Below, piece after piece: positions 35,101 through 44,151 of a stretch of 62,499 bases of DNA; position 1 is the stretch's first letter; the number at the start of each line of letters is the position of its first letter. Both the position numbers and the translations under genes were made by a program. The notes beneath the pieces are model-generated. The model was not told where the DNA came from. It worked only from the letters and a program-made list of their open reading frames with translations, and did not search any database. The DNA comes from an uncultured Candidatus Poseidoniales archaeon (GTDB lineage Archaea > Thermoplasmatota > Poseidoniia > Poseidoniales > Poseidoniaceae), in assembly GCA_964637985.1 (NCBI GenBank), contig CAZWXR010000001.1:1-62499 (forward strand), read 5' to 3'.

Positions 35101-37283
35101 CTCACAGCACGAGTTTGCATTTTGTAAGCGACATCAATATTCGAAATTTTCACTCGACCTGAAGTAGCGGCTTTTATCGCAATTGGAACATTTACTGTAC
35201 CCTCTCCGTTTTCAGGTATGAAATCGTTGAATGCATCGATGAGCGTTGGTGCATCTCGCACCACGGTACCGACAGCGGATTCATCATTTGCAACGATTGA
35301 AGATTCATTGAGGAATAACAACGAACGCCAGTCCCATGTCCCGTCGTTTCCGACATCGATTTCTGGTCTATCCGGATATCCCTCTTCAAAATTCAATGTA
35401 AATTTGTCAATCTTTGGAGTTATTGTTGCATCATTGGTGGTGAAGAATATAGCATACTTGAGTGTGTTTCCCGCACCCTCAGTTGAGAAACTTGATTCTT
35501 GGTTATTCGGAGCTTGTACCCAATTTGTGCCATTATCATTTGAAACCATCACTGAAATTGAGGTGCCTGCAGGTTCATCTGCAACCCATACTGGACGAAC
35601 TTTGCCAACTTTTGTACCTGTATTGAAATGTGGACTTGTCCAGTCTCCAGATGGCTGGTATTCAGTTGCATACTCAAGTTCAACCCACCATGAAACTGCG
35701 GTTGAACCAATAAGTTGTGCCTTCCAAACAAGTTCTTTACCGGGGTAAGCAAAATGTATTGTTTCATTGCTCACAACAGGCTCCCAATGGGTTCCATTGT
35801 CCGCAGAGATCCAATAGTCAACCCGGTCGCCTATTGATGACGCTGACCAGTATGCCTTCATGTTGGCTGAAAGAATGTCATCCCCGCTATTCACGACAGG
35901 CCCGTACCACGTGGTCGTTCCTGGAGCAGGTGTCGTCTTGTACGTCCAACCCGTTCCAAATTCTCTGTAATACAATGTCGAGCCCGACCATGTTGAATAG
36001 CCTGAGTCAACGGTAACGAATCGCTTTCCATCAAATTGCAGACCGTAACCAAGTGGAGATATCTGGCGAACACCTTGTTGTGGTACGAGAGAAGATGATT
36101 GACCTGAAATTGACCACGCTTCTAATTGGTCTCTATCGTTGTAATACTGGTCTTTTTGGCATCGCATAAAGAATGTTGATTGGTTCACTTCGAGACCGCG
36201 AACAAGTTGTCCCGTTCTTCCACAGTCCCAACTTGAACCTGATGATGAAGAGAAGGTATACATTGTATCACCACGCTGATATTGACCAGTTCCGTCGCCG
36301 CTGAATGTGTATGGAACAATGGATCGAGCAGAGTTGTGAACAATCCACACGACATCTCTTGAATGGTCGTAAGCAATGGCAACATAGTCTTGCAATTGGG
36401 GTGAAACATCGTAGGAATCTATGCATGTCCAAACATCATCTCTAGAGACATCCATTTCGACGACCCTATGGTACATGACTGGAGCTGTTGAACCATAGGG
36501 GTATTTGTAGCCCGATAAAATACCAAATAATCGTTCATCATCGGTAAGAGTCCAATCTCTAAACCCATACATTCCATAGTAACTGCTGGAATGTTTTTGT
36601 GGCAAGGTACACTGTGCTTTATCGAGTGTGATGGTCGATTCGATGGTTGCATTATTTGGATACAACCTCTTGACAACATTGTGGAATGACGACGAGGACC
36701 ATGTTGACAAAAACAACCAATCATGATGCTTGAGAATTGCTCCTTGTCCTTGAGCCATGAATGTCGTGGCAGTCTTACTCACTTGTTGAGAGAACCTCGA
36801 TTCGGTTGCGTTGGATGTATGGGGCTGTCTCAACGAAAAAGAGCCGTTGTCCAACCAAGCATCCGAGTTTGGGTCCTCTACTGCATCGTTCCCGTGAGGG
36901 TCAAACAAAATCGTTGTATTGCTCATTGCAAGTGTGAGGTCATCGCTTCTGTCATCAATAAGTGATTCGAGTCCCTTTACCCAATCTTTGCGTTCGTCCG
37001 TCACGATTTGCGACCAACCTGTGGCGGATGCTCCTGATAATGTCAAACTAACGTCAGTAACCAAAGCACCTTTGGGTATTTGGATTTCAGCACCAACATC
37101 AGGATTCCCTCCCTGGTAGAGTGCAATGTACTCTGATGAGCCATCTTTGAAATCATAGATGTGTCGAGCCACGCCTGCTGCTTGAACATCATCAACAACG
37201 TTGGAAAAAACAGGCGACCATGGCGTGAATATCATAATAAAAATGATGAAAATTGCCGCTCGGCTCGACCGAATTGAGTCCAT
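31917..37283 (-). CDS. giant (1788 aa) type I membrane-anchored surface protein, ectodomain of unknown family
   Basis: Signal peptide AAIFIIFIMIFTPWSPVFS. A long beta-rich ectodomain with many N-x-S/T sequons. C-terminal TM helix FSIVLFIIALGSISFGVWSMVM followed by RRR and an 87-aa tail. GAGGGG lies about 8 nt upstream of the ATG at 37283. Confidence 0.85.
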   Translation of the reverse strand: MDSIRSSRAAIFIIFIMIFTPWSPVFSNVVDDVQAAGVARHIYDFKDGSSEYIALYQGGNPDVGAEIQIPKGALVTDVSLTLSGASATGWSQIVTDERKDWVKGLESLIDDRSDDLTLAMSNTTILFDPHGNDAVEDPNSDAWLDNGSFSLRQPHTSNATESRFSQQVSKTATTFMAQGQGAILKHHDWLFLSTWSSSSFHNVVKRLYPNNATIESTITLDKAQCTLPQKHSSSYYGMYGFRDWTLTDDERLFGILSGYKYPYGSTAPVMYHRVVEMDVSRDDVWTCIDSYDVSPQLQDYVAIAYDHSRDVVWIVHNSARSIVPYTFSGDGTGQYQRGDTMYTFSSSSGSSWDCGRTGQLVRGLEVNQSTFFMRCQKDQYYNDRDQLEAWSISGQSSSLVPQQGVRQISPLGYGLQFDGKRFVTVDSGYSTWSGSTLYYREFGTGWTYKTTPAPGTTTWYGPVVNSGDDILSANMKAYWSASSIGDRVDYWISADNGTHWEPVVSNETIHFAYPGKELVWKAQLIGSTAVSWWVELEYATEYQPSGDWTSPHFNTGTKVGKVRPVWVADEPAGTSISVMVSNDNGTNWVQAPNNQESSFSTEGAGNTLKYAIFFTTNDATITPKIDKFTLNFEEGYPDRPEIDVGNDGTWDWRSLLFLNESSIVANDESAVGTVVRDAPTLIDAFNDFIPENGEGTVNVPIAIKAATSGRVKISNIDVAYKMQTRAVSVEFEGGLTAPDGIYRNLIATVAHGDDVDRVTKATIGILNSHGPTPSFMWQLGNSCSTISNAGGIIQFDTTNCTSSINSKGELVIRIPTKVNWSWNDESDAEAVVTVEDSLGIAVNGWQTSDMDLVIENDIQLDGLRVFEETGRELYSFDWVRGGYNLTFVGGIYFESSQLMPEAGSFSIRIIGQNVTYDGDPVGEPVVLLEEVNPAFGEYNFTFTSPTESHPGGMVFYVQAVDLVNGSTFSNPSYNSIRLVLDGNSPLVIQATPIDRSEQHAAATGGGKPISITIQDSVDPPNTISLHYWIGCRASDAIGCTDYNFDGLPNADEYELMSIGSPDTQVGGLNIFEGMLDDSMLLHGQKVSFYVSGKDGQNNQVAMGGGPVCPQSSVSCGYRPGETVPDWDADLVTYVIRQEFQPSVDIGNSTIVGHDDYQPLHPGILYTAQLVVSDRNTWRDIQYIQLSLSGDLEDDESSIFISMEEDENGQPRAVMASGSTHIAVSNIYSTVEIDPVNESKILIQARFQLTWTFPEIFDTNGESHFIPKILITDRPCNVGEDTPCYELEYGLGEDWWSLDNDFRFDTESGHIRAVELRNGLNHYNDENFETIIGAGQALRVSGRVLFSEDETPAPAGAFDVTFGDFEFLWETSTRLDGEFSLDLLVPSVRSGHLDLRLKLDDLPGLAEDQSPFVPRVRLAVDSDRPTIGSISLGGVDPNMPLSIGNADNLLVQLETRDDNGFDFDKPAVLHYRVKAGEAEISRGSVLLPEITPFGDQFFWTGYLDLTDAGATTLLQSYMVDVWISGSDEAGNPFDTSGNSMIEPFASWPLALIGPKVDLQAESTSLKWSNPSPTQGQLSSMIVKGTNLGGSGQIEFSLQRLIEGGFWSETDVISLDVTTNQDFIATLSDIADVAAGESIQYRVLVLVDGVEMDRVTVDPLIVKEQTIRDGDALSQQASEGTFSIVLFIIALGSISFGVWSMVMRRRLIAESFEDESDQTADVVDAMEDNDKIVPEIENAPQPPTIPPPQTAPVVPAPMPAAPPVPPTGLPEGWTMEQWNAYGWQYLNSKK

Positions 37284-37361
37284 GGCATAGCCCCTCTTGC
37301 CAATGCATTAAACTCATAGCCTTTGAAGAATACGGTTTGAAGTCACAAGCAACACATTTGT

Positions 37362-40300
37362 TCAAGTTTCTCGTGAATCGTAACGAATTGGTGAGGATTG
37401 CCCTCGAACACCATCTTCTTCATCGTCCCGTACCTCAAACCAATCAACGAGCCAATCACCATCGGTGTCCCAGTTCATTGGACTACTGCCCTCAGCGAGA
37501 TGGTCATCGTCAAAATCAAGTATGTACCATCCAAATTCGTGCTCGCCAACATTTCGTTCGGGAGCGGTATTTGGTGAGAACTGATAATATATCTCCCATG
37601 TATCTGTCCTATTACCTGCAAGAAGTATTTCGTCATCAGAAGCATTGAGTTCAAAGAAATTTACATCATGATCGTTAACGATGTACCCATATTGGAAATC
37701 TGGCCCCGCAAATTTATCCATCTTGAGATAGTTCAACACAAGTTCATTCGACTGGCCAATACCAAGCACTGCTTTTCTCAATTGCCACCATTCGGTGACT
37801 ACGTTTCCGTCGACAGTCAAACCAGATAATCTCACAGCATTAGGTGAGGAGTATTCCTGAAGCGTAAACGCAAAGAATTCTTGGAAATTTGTATACGGTT
37901 CGTATGTACAACCAGCCCCAGTACAGTCCCAGTTTCCATCCTGGTCTGGATCTTGATTCGCATCGTTCGAGTCTGCAGGGTCGAGTGTAAACCATGTGTA
38001 CTCCAAATCTGGCCTTTGAAGTTCTCCAGTCTGTGAATTAAGCGACAATGGCAGGCAAGAAGAAGTCGATGTGGTGCAAGCACCTCCTGTGCCAGGGTCA
38101 ATCCATTGAACTTGAATTTCTAAGAAGGAACTGAAATTGTCATTTGATTCATTCCAACCTAATTTGTATTCGTACCAATCCGGCAACATATCTCCATCAG
38201 TATCATTATCGCTTGGATTGCTTCCATACTTGAAGACTTCACGACCGTCTGAATAATTGTAATCTCGGACGTGTGAAATAACAACGCCGTTTTCTACAGT
38301 TGTGATGAATGTGACGCTGTCTCCATCGGAATCATTGAGGTCTGGTCTCGTGTCATTCATCCATTCCATCAGATTTGTGAAAGGAAGGTCCCCGATTCCC
38401 TGTTGAATTTGTTGTGAAGAAGGCGTGAACACCCGATTGTTCCAAACACCTTGAGTCGCTGGTTGGTCAAAGGTGGTTCGCCCATACCAACCATCATGGT
38501 CACCATCATAATTGATGTCGAATGGATTAAGTGGGTTGGAAGACCAGTGGTTTATTGTCGTCGTATCATTCATTCCAAACATGGCGTAGCAATATTCCCA
38601 TCCATCCGGAATGCCATCACTGTCTGAGTCAGGGTGTGTTGGGTCAGCAACACCTCTCAATGAGCGATTGAAATTGCCGGGGTCGAGTGAATTGATTTTT
38701 TCCATTCGCTCGAGTGAATCTGGCCCTTTCGCAATAAAGTCTTGATAGAGAGCAAGTTGAGCTTGCAAAATCGAATATCCGAGTTCTTCCTGATAGGCGA
38801 GCATAGCATCCTCACCAAAATCGATGATGCCGAGTTCGATGGGCACTGTTGCCCTCATGTCGAATTTACCCCAAGTCCTCGATTCCCACTCGCGTAAGTT
38901 GGAAAACCGTTCGTCAAGAGAAATATCTCCGTCACCGTTGCAATCATAACTATCATCGTCAGAATCAAGGTCCACATCCCCATCAATGAGAGGATTCATA
39001 CTCCATCTGTTTTCATCCAAATCCCAAGATGTGAACCAGTATTCGAATCCATCGTACATTCCGTCACCATCGGTATCGCTAGATGTTGGGTCGGTCATCC
39101 CCTGTAGAACTGAGATGAATGCGTTCGGAGGCTCACCAGATTGCCATGCATTGAAATCATCGAGCAGGCGTTTTCCACGAGTATTCTTTGAGATCAGCAT
39201 GTTGAAAATTCGTTGAGCTTTTTCAGTCGGCTGTTGAAGGTCTCCATCGATGTGAAGGAGAGGGGCATCGCTCGGATGTTCGATTCCATTGTCTGGCTGC
39301 ATTGTCGCAAGTGCAAACTCTTGTTTATCGATTAGACCGTCCTCATCCCCATCGAAGTTCCCATCGTCAGGCACGAGGGGGTTAAGTGTCCAAACTTCAG
39401 CTGATGAATTCCATGCCGTGAAGAGCAACTCTAAACCATCGAGCATACCGTCACCATCAGTGTCGATGTTGTTTGGGTCCGTTGTTCGACCCGATAAGTT
39501 ACGAATGTCATCATCGATAAAACTACCAAATGAGGCAGATGTTGGAATACCCGGCCATTGTTGTAAGGCGTACGCTGTTCCAACGGTTGTTACAAACCAT
39601 TGTGGTGAACTCCTGTTGTTTTGAATCTCGGAGAAGTTTGGATCAATCGAATTATACTCCTCCCAATTTGTCATTCCATCATCATCAGCATCTTCCCAGC
39701 GATCTTTCGAATCGAGTGGATTTAACGTCCAACCATCTTCAAGTAGATTCCATCGAGCAAACCAAATTTCCCACCCGTCAGGCATGCCATCTGTATCGGA
39801 ATCTGCATCCCATGGATTTGCAGCTCCAACGCTGTAGGTTGTTTGACTGTTGTACAATTCACTAAATGCTCTGTCTGCAAATGTGTCTTCAGGTTCGCCG
39901 AAGTCGTAGATATTGTCAAACAAGTTCGTTTCAAATTCGATAGGAAACTCTTCCCCGTCAAATGTACCATTATTCACAAACAAATCACTTCGGAGATGGT
40001 ACTCAAGATAATTGACAAATTGTTCATTCAATGTCAGCACGCCATCATGGTTAATGTCGTATCCATCACCATCGGGGTTGCTAAGCACATCGGTTGAGTT
40101 GAGTGGATTGACGCCGTTGTATTCTGGCGACCATGTACAACGACCATCAGATTCCCAACCATCTGGAAGTGAATCTCCGTCTGAATCGATAGAATTCGGA
40201 TCTGCTACACTCCAATTTGCTACTGCTTCGGGAACTTCGCCGAAATTCTCTATCAATTCACCCTCTAGGCCTGCAAGCCTTACAAGTGACCATTGATATT

Positions 40301-43103
40301 CACAAAGATTAGCTAACCCGTCGCTATCTGCATCCCAATTTGCATCTTCTGGCCGATGAGGGTCAAGCGTCCAATTATTTCCGCCGGTGAATGTGGTTCC
40401 AATCCAACGACGATGTTCAATTTCCCAACCGTCGGGCATACCATCCCCATCCGAATCTATGTTCGTTGGGTCAGTTCCAAAATCGATGTTCATTTGATTG
40501 AGATATGTCGCATTTGCTTGCTGACCCACTTGACTGTCGCATTGATACACCATTTGAATGGTGTAATAGCACCAGAGCGTGCTCTCCTTGTAGTAGAAGC
40601 CATAATATTCAGCACCGTCTGATAAACCGTCGCCATCGGTGTCGCCTTCTTGTGGATTTGTTGAATTAAATCCTCCTAAGGTTCGTTGAACGTATCTGTA
40701 TTCATCAAGATTGACCCACAATCGTTCAAGGACACCATCACCGGACGCATCGAGGTCGATACCGTCGCCGTCAAAATCGAATTGAGCATCCCATGGGTCA
40801 GTGGGGTCAAGGCCATGCTCGTACTCCCAGCCATCAGGCATTCCATCAGCATCAGAATCGTTTGAGAGAGGGTTGATGAGTTTGAGGTTTGAAAATTGGC
40901 CTGGTGATGCAGCTGCAAAGACAATTGTTTGACCTTCTTGATTGACCGATATCACTGAAGAAATCTCTCCCGGAATCCGAGTTTGGTCTTGCAAACCGTA
41001 GACCGCAGCATAATCACCTGCAATGGCCCAAACACCCCATTCAGAACCAATCAAAATCTCATCGCCGGTTGGATAAATTGAGTGAATGCTATTGGTTTCA
41101 CGTATTGTCTTCCCTTCAACCCCTGGATGTGCAAAAAGTCCGCTGTGCGTTATCTGACCTGAACCTGTGTCCATTCGATGAACACCAGCTGGTGTCCCGA
41201 ACCACAAAACTTGGCTATTTGTTGAAGATGGTCCATCAAAAACCAGTGTTCGAATTTCCGCAGGATTTCCTTGAGAACCGATAGCCATTGGTCGTATATT
41301 GTCGACTTGTGGGCCAAAATTCGATTGTTCAGGGTCGTAATACGCCACCCAGTCACCTGTAGATTCATCTCGACCTGTCGCTGTTTCAAAGATGACCAGA
41401 CCAACATTCGTACCAACTGCAAGCAATGATTCACCGTTGGAATTTATGCCATGTGCAATTGCATTGACGCTAGCATTGCGCTCAAACAGTGAAGTTACAA
41501 TTCCTGAACCAAGTTCATGCGTCGCTTCGATGTCGAAACCTGAAGATAACTCTACGATGAGACCCGTCCCTATTGAACCTAGACCGATTAATGTGGGCAA
41601 ACCATCTTGAGATGCTAACAACGTGATGGCGTTCAATTCACCTGATGTAACATGGGTCCATAAATCGAGGGAAGCAAACGAACCATCTGCCAAAAGAGGT
41701 ACGATGGACATCCCCTTTGACGTCGCTAATGCAATTGCAAAGATTTCACCATCGTCCATGACATACACTGCATCATGAGCTTTCATACCTTGTGGGAACC
41801 ATTGATGGGTTGATTGGTTTGAGTCAAGATTAATCGAAGTCAAACCGTAAGTTGCCACCACATGTAGTGTTTGTTCAAAGGAAAGAAGAGATTGAATATC
41901 GTGATGTATCGATTCAATACCCCCTTGTTGCTCAAGCATCAACGGATATCTTACAACGGTTGACTCATTGAGGAGTAACGCTGACTTGAGGCCTGGATAA
42001 ATCGTATTTCCATCATCAAAATGTATGTTGTATTCTTGAATATTTGATAGGGCTTCCCCAACCTCTAAAGCCGTCAAAGTTCTCGATAAATCTTCAGTGA
42101 CAATACCATCTCGATTCCTATCCCAACCATCCTTATCTTCATCGATGAGAGAATTGGATTTGTTCAAGGGGTCAAGGCCAAAATGGACTTCCCAACCATC
42201 GGTCATACCGTCCCCAAATGATGGGAATAGAGGTCGAATTCTGCCAACCCACTCATATCGGTCAGAGTCGTCGAGGAGAGGGTCTGTGCCTAACCACATA
42301 TCATCACCGATCATACCAGTTGCATTCGTGGTACAGGCTTCGAGAATATTCACAAATGAAGCATTTGAATTTGTTCCAATATACGGCCAAGAGTTCCTGA
42401 TTGCACCGTCAGGCAGGCTTGCTTGACACCACAATCCATCGAGTTCGGTGACAAATGATGAATTGGCTCCGTAAATGTATTCTTCAGAAGAGGTAAACCG
42501 TTCAGGTATAGACAAATCGCCATCGCGGTTGATGTCAAAGCCGTCTTGGTCAGGGTCGTCTGTTAAATCGCTTGCATTGAGGGGGTCGAAGCGCAAACAA
42601 TTATACCGCATCTGGATGACATTGTACCCTCCAATTCGATCGCACATGTATGCCTCAAATCCATCAGGAAGACCATCACCATCTGTATCTGCTTTTCTCG
42701 GGTCAAGATACATCCGATTACCCTCCTCGTCTGTTTTCCCTGTTAAACCACGAGGGAACCCGGGCGCAGTGCAATTCGCTGGATAGGGCCAGCAATATTC
42801 TTCTGTGCTGTTTAAGCCGTCACGGTCAAAGTCCAGTGCTGCATCAGTCGCATCATTTTTGTCAAGCCCTTTGATTGAAATTTCCCTTCCGTCGACATTC
42901 GTCCAATTCAACCATTCTTCAAAAAGTGATTCGTGAACATCAGGAATAAGATCTCCATCTGAGTCTGTATTTTTTGGAGGCTCTTGAGTTGTGTCGTCTG
43001 GGTGAACGTTTGCCACAGGCGAAACAGCAGGAAATTGTGACATGAACAAAAGGCTAGAGATGACGGCAAGTGTCGTCAAAATCGTTGTCTGACTTCGCCT
43101 CAT
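37362..43103 (-). CDS. giant (1913 aa) secreted Ca-binding protein with more than 20 thrombospondin type 3-like repeats and a central non-repeat (possibly beta-propeller) region; no membrane anchor
   Basis: Signal peptide ILTTLAVISSLLFMSQFPAVSP. Recurrent D-x-D-x-DG-x-x-D-x-x-E units (DTDGDGLPDGFE, DSDADGMPDGWEYE, DSDGDGMPDGWEIE, DTDGDGMYDGFEYW, DSDSDGIPDGWEY and others). No hydrophobic C-terminal segment. GGTGA lies 5 nt upstream of the ATG at 43103. Confidence 0.9.
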   Translation of the reverse strand: MRRSQTTILTTLAVISSLLFMSQFPAVSPVANVHPDDTTQEPPKNTDSDGDLIPDVHESLFEEWLNWTNVDGREISIKGLDKNDATDAALDFDRDGLNSTEEYCWPYPANCTAPGFPRGLTGKTDEEGNRMYLDPRKADTDGDGLPDGFEAYMCDRIGGYNVIQMRYNCLRFDPLNASDLTDDPDQDGFDINRDGDLSIPERFTSSEEYIYGANSSFVTELDGLWCQASLPDGAIRNSWPYIGTNSNASFVNILEACTTNATGMIGDDMWLGTDPLLDDSDRYEWVGRIRPLFPSFGDGMTDGWEVHFGLDPLNKSNSLIDEDKDGWDRNRDGIVTEDLSRTLTALEVGEALSNIQEYNIHFDDGNTIYPGLKSALLLNESTVVRYPLMLEQQGGIESIHHDIQSLLSFEQTLHVVATYGLTSINLDSNQSTHQWFPQGMKAHDAVYVMDDGEIFAIALATSKGMSIVPLLADGSFASLDLWTHVTSGELNAITLLASQDGLPTLIGLGSIGTGLIVELSSGFDIEATHELGSGIVTSLFERNASVNAIAHGINSNGESLLAVGTNVGLVIFETATGRDESTGDWVAYYDPEQSNFGPQVDNIRPMAIGSQGNPAEIRTLVFDGPSSTNSQVLWFGTPAGVHRMDTGSGQITHSGLFAHPGVEGKTIRETNSIHSIYPTGDEILIGSEWGVWAIAGDYAAVYGLQDQTRIPGEISSVISVNQEGQTIVFAAASPGQFSNLKLINPLSNDSDADGMPDGWEYEHGLDPTDPWDAQFDFDGDGIDLDASGDGVLERLWVNLDEYRYVQRTLGGFNSTNPQEGDTDGDGLSDGAEYYGFYYKESTLWCYYTIQMVYQCDSQVGQQANATYLNQMNIDFGTDPTNIDSDGDGMPDGWEIEHRRWIGTTFTGGNNWTLDPHRPEDANWDADSDGLANLCEYQWSLVRLAGLEGELIENFGEVPEAVANWSVADPNSIDSDGDSLPDGWESDGRCTWSPEYNGVNPLNSTDVLSNPDGDGYDINHDGVLTLNEQFVNYLEYHLRSDLFVNNGTFDGEEFPIEFETNLFDNIYDFGEPEDTFADRAFSELYNSQTTYSVGAANPWDADSDTDGMPDGWEIWFARWNLLEDGWTLNPLDSKDRWEDADDDGMTNWEEYNSIDPNFSEIQNNRSSPQWFVTTVGTAYALQQWPGIPTSASFGSFIDDDIRNLSGRTTDPNNIDTDGDGMLDGLELLFTAWNSSAEVWTLNPLVPDDGNFDGDEDGLIDKQEFALATMQPDNGIEHPSDAPLLHIDGDLQQPTEKAQRIFNMLISKNTRGKRLLDDFNAWQSGEPPNAFISVLQGMTDPTSSDTDGDGMYDGFEYWFTSWDLDENRWSMNPLIDGDVDLDSDDDSYDCNGDGDISLDERFSNLREWESRTWGKFDMRATVPIELGIIDFGEDAMLAYQEELGYSILQAQLALYQDFIAKGPDSLERMEKINSLDPGNFNRSLRGVADPTHPDSDSDGIPDGWEYCYAMFGMNDTTTINHWSSNPLNPFDINYDGDHDGWYGRTTFDQPATQGVWNNRVFTPSSQQIQQGIGDLPFTNLMEWMNDTRPDLNDSDGDSVTFITTVENGVVISHVRDYNYSDGREVFKYGSNPSDNDTDGDMLPDWYEYKLGWNESNDNFSSFLEIQVQWIDPGTGGACTTSTSSCLPLSLNSQTGELQRPDLEYTWFTLDPADSNDANQDPDQDGNWDCTGAGCTYEPYTNFQEFFAFTLQEYSSPNAVRLSGLTVDGNVVTEWWQLRKAVLGIGQSNELVLNYLKMDKFAGPDFQYGYIVNDHDVNFFELNASDDEILLAGNRTDTWEIYYQFSPNTAPERNVGEHEFGWYILDFDDDHLAEGSSPMNWDTDGDWLVDWFEVRDDEEDGVRGQSSPIRYDSRET

Positions 43104-43197
43104 AAACTCACCTTCGGCATGGTGCTACCTGCCGCTATCCAAAACTCCACGCGCTTACCTTATGAGGGTGATGGAACATTGTTCCGACACGACATCA

Positions 43198-43244
43198 ACA
43201 AAAATACATTGAATACGACAAAAATACATCGAAAATAGTATTTT
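43198..43244. promoter_or_regulatory. tandem 16-nt direct repeat (ACAAAAATACAT[T/C]GAA x2, 20-nt register) plus adjacent AAAATA-g-TATTTT palindrome in a divergent intergenic region
   Basis: Read directly: 43198-43213 acaaaaatacattgaa and 43218-43233 acaaaaatacatcgaa (15/16 identical). The palindrome lies at 43232-43244. The element sits between the divergent starts at 43103 (-) and 43303 (+). Confidence 0.6.
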
Positions 43245-43302
43245 TCCGATCTGCAACAGCGGTGTATTCAAGTTCCGTACGCGAATCGATACGAATGTTA
43301 GC

Positions 43303-44127
43303 ATGACGATGAGTATCACCCATCTCGGAACAGGAAGCAGTGGCAACTCCACATTGCTTGCTACCGAAGATACAAAATTGCTCATTGACCAGGGATTTAG
43401 CGGCAGAAAACTTACCCAACGATTATCCCAAATAGGATTGGAACCAACGGATATTGACGCCATCCTCATCACACACCATCATGGTGACCACGGGGGTGGT
43501 GCGAAATTGTGTCAAACTCGATGGGGCATTCAAATCTATGCAAATGAACGGACTGCACTTGAACTTGACCTTTTACCCGACCACACCACATATTTTGAAA
43601 ATCTAGAATTGCTCGAATTTGGCTCCGATATTCGAATTCTTCCGGTACCAGTACCACATGATGGAGCGGACAATGTAGCATTCATCGTTAGTTTCCAACA
43701 AGAACGTGCTGCAATCATAACAGATTTAGGCTCATGGACTGATGAATTGGTACAACATGTTCATGGATGTGAACACATTGCAGTCGAAGCGAACTATGAT
43801 TCAAAACGACTTCTTCGCGGCCCATACCATAGGAAATTGAAAGACCGAATAACAGGTCGAGGCGGGCACTTATCAAATGAACAAACAGGATCATTTCTCG
43901 CACAAGTTTGTACAGCATCAACCCGCAGCATCACACTGCTTCACTTGAGCGGCGAGAATAATCGGCCGCATCTCGCTGAATCAACAGTACTCTACCATAT
44001 TGACGAAATTTTTTCGGGAGATTTGAGAATATCCACTCAAGATGGGCCAGAATTTTCGACATACATCGGTCAGCAATCTGAAGAAGGGCAACAAAGCAAA
44101 ATCCATCGATTCAAGGTGAATGCATAA
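43303..44127 (+). CDS. MBL-fold metallo-hydrolase (YycJ/WalJ- or PhnP-like)
   Basis: ITHLGTGSSGNS, LLIDQG and the HxHxDH motif ILITHHHGDHGGG, with downstream His/Asp ligands. 274 aa. Confidence 0.85.
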   Translation: MTMSITHLGTGSSGNSTLLATEDTKLLIDQGFSGRKLTQRLSQIGLEPTDIDAILITHHHGDHGGGAKLCQTRWGIQIYANERTALELDLLPDHTTYFENLELLEFGSDIRILPVPVPHDGADNVAFIVSFQQERAAIITDLGSWTDELVQHVHGCEHIAVEANYDSKRLLRGPYHRKLKDRITGRGGHLSNEQTGSFLAQVCTASTRSITLLHLSGENNRPHLAESTVLYHIDEIFSGDLRISTQDGPEFSTYIGQQSEEGQQSKIHRFKVNA

Positions 44128-44151
44128 ATCCAACGAAGGATTGGCGAGATT

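Noticed and set aside
37362-43103. Periodic recurrence of similar short DNA segments, considered as a possible CRISPR-like or tandem DNA repeat array
   Set aside because: The periodicity is at the protein level (D-x-D-x-DG TSP3 units) with variable spacing, inside one continuous ORF. There are no constant-length repeats and spacers.
43155-43472. 105-aa and 74-aa minus-strand ORFs spanning the divergent intergenic region and the MBL gene start
   Set aside because: They overlap the well-supported MBL hydrolase N-terminus on the opposite strand and have no recognisable features. The region is better explained as promoter/operator DNA.
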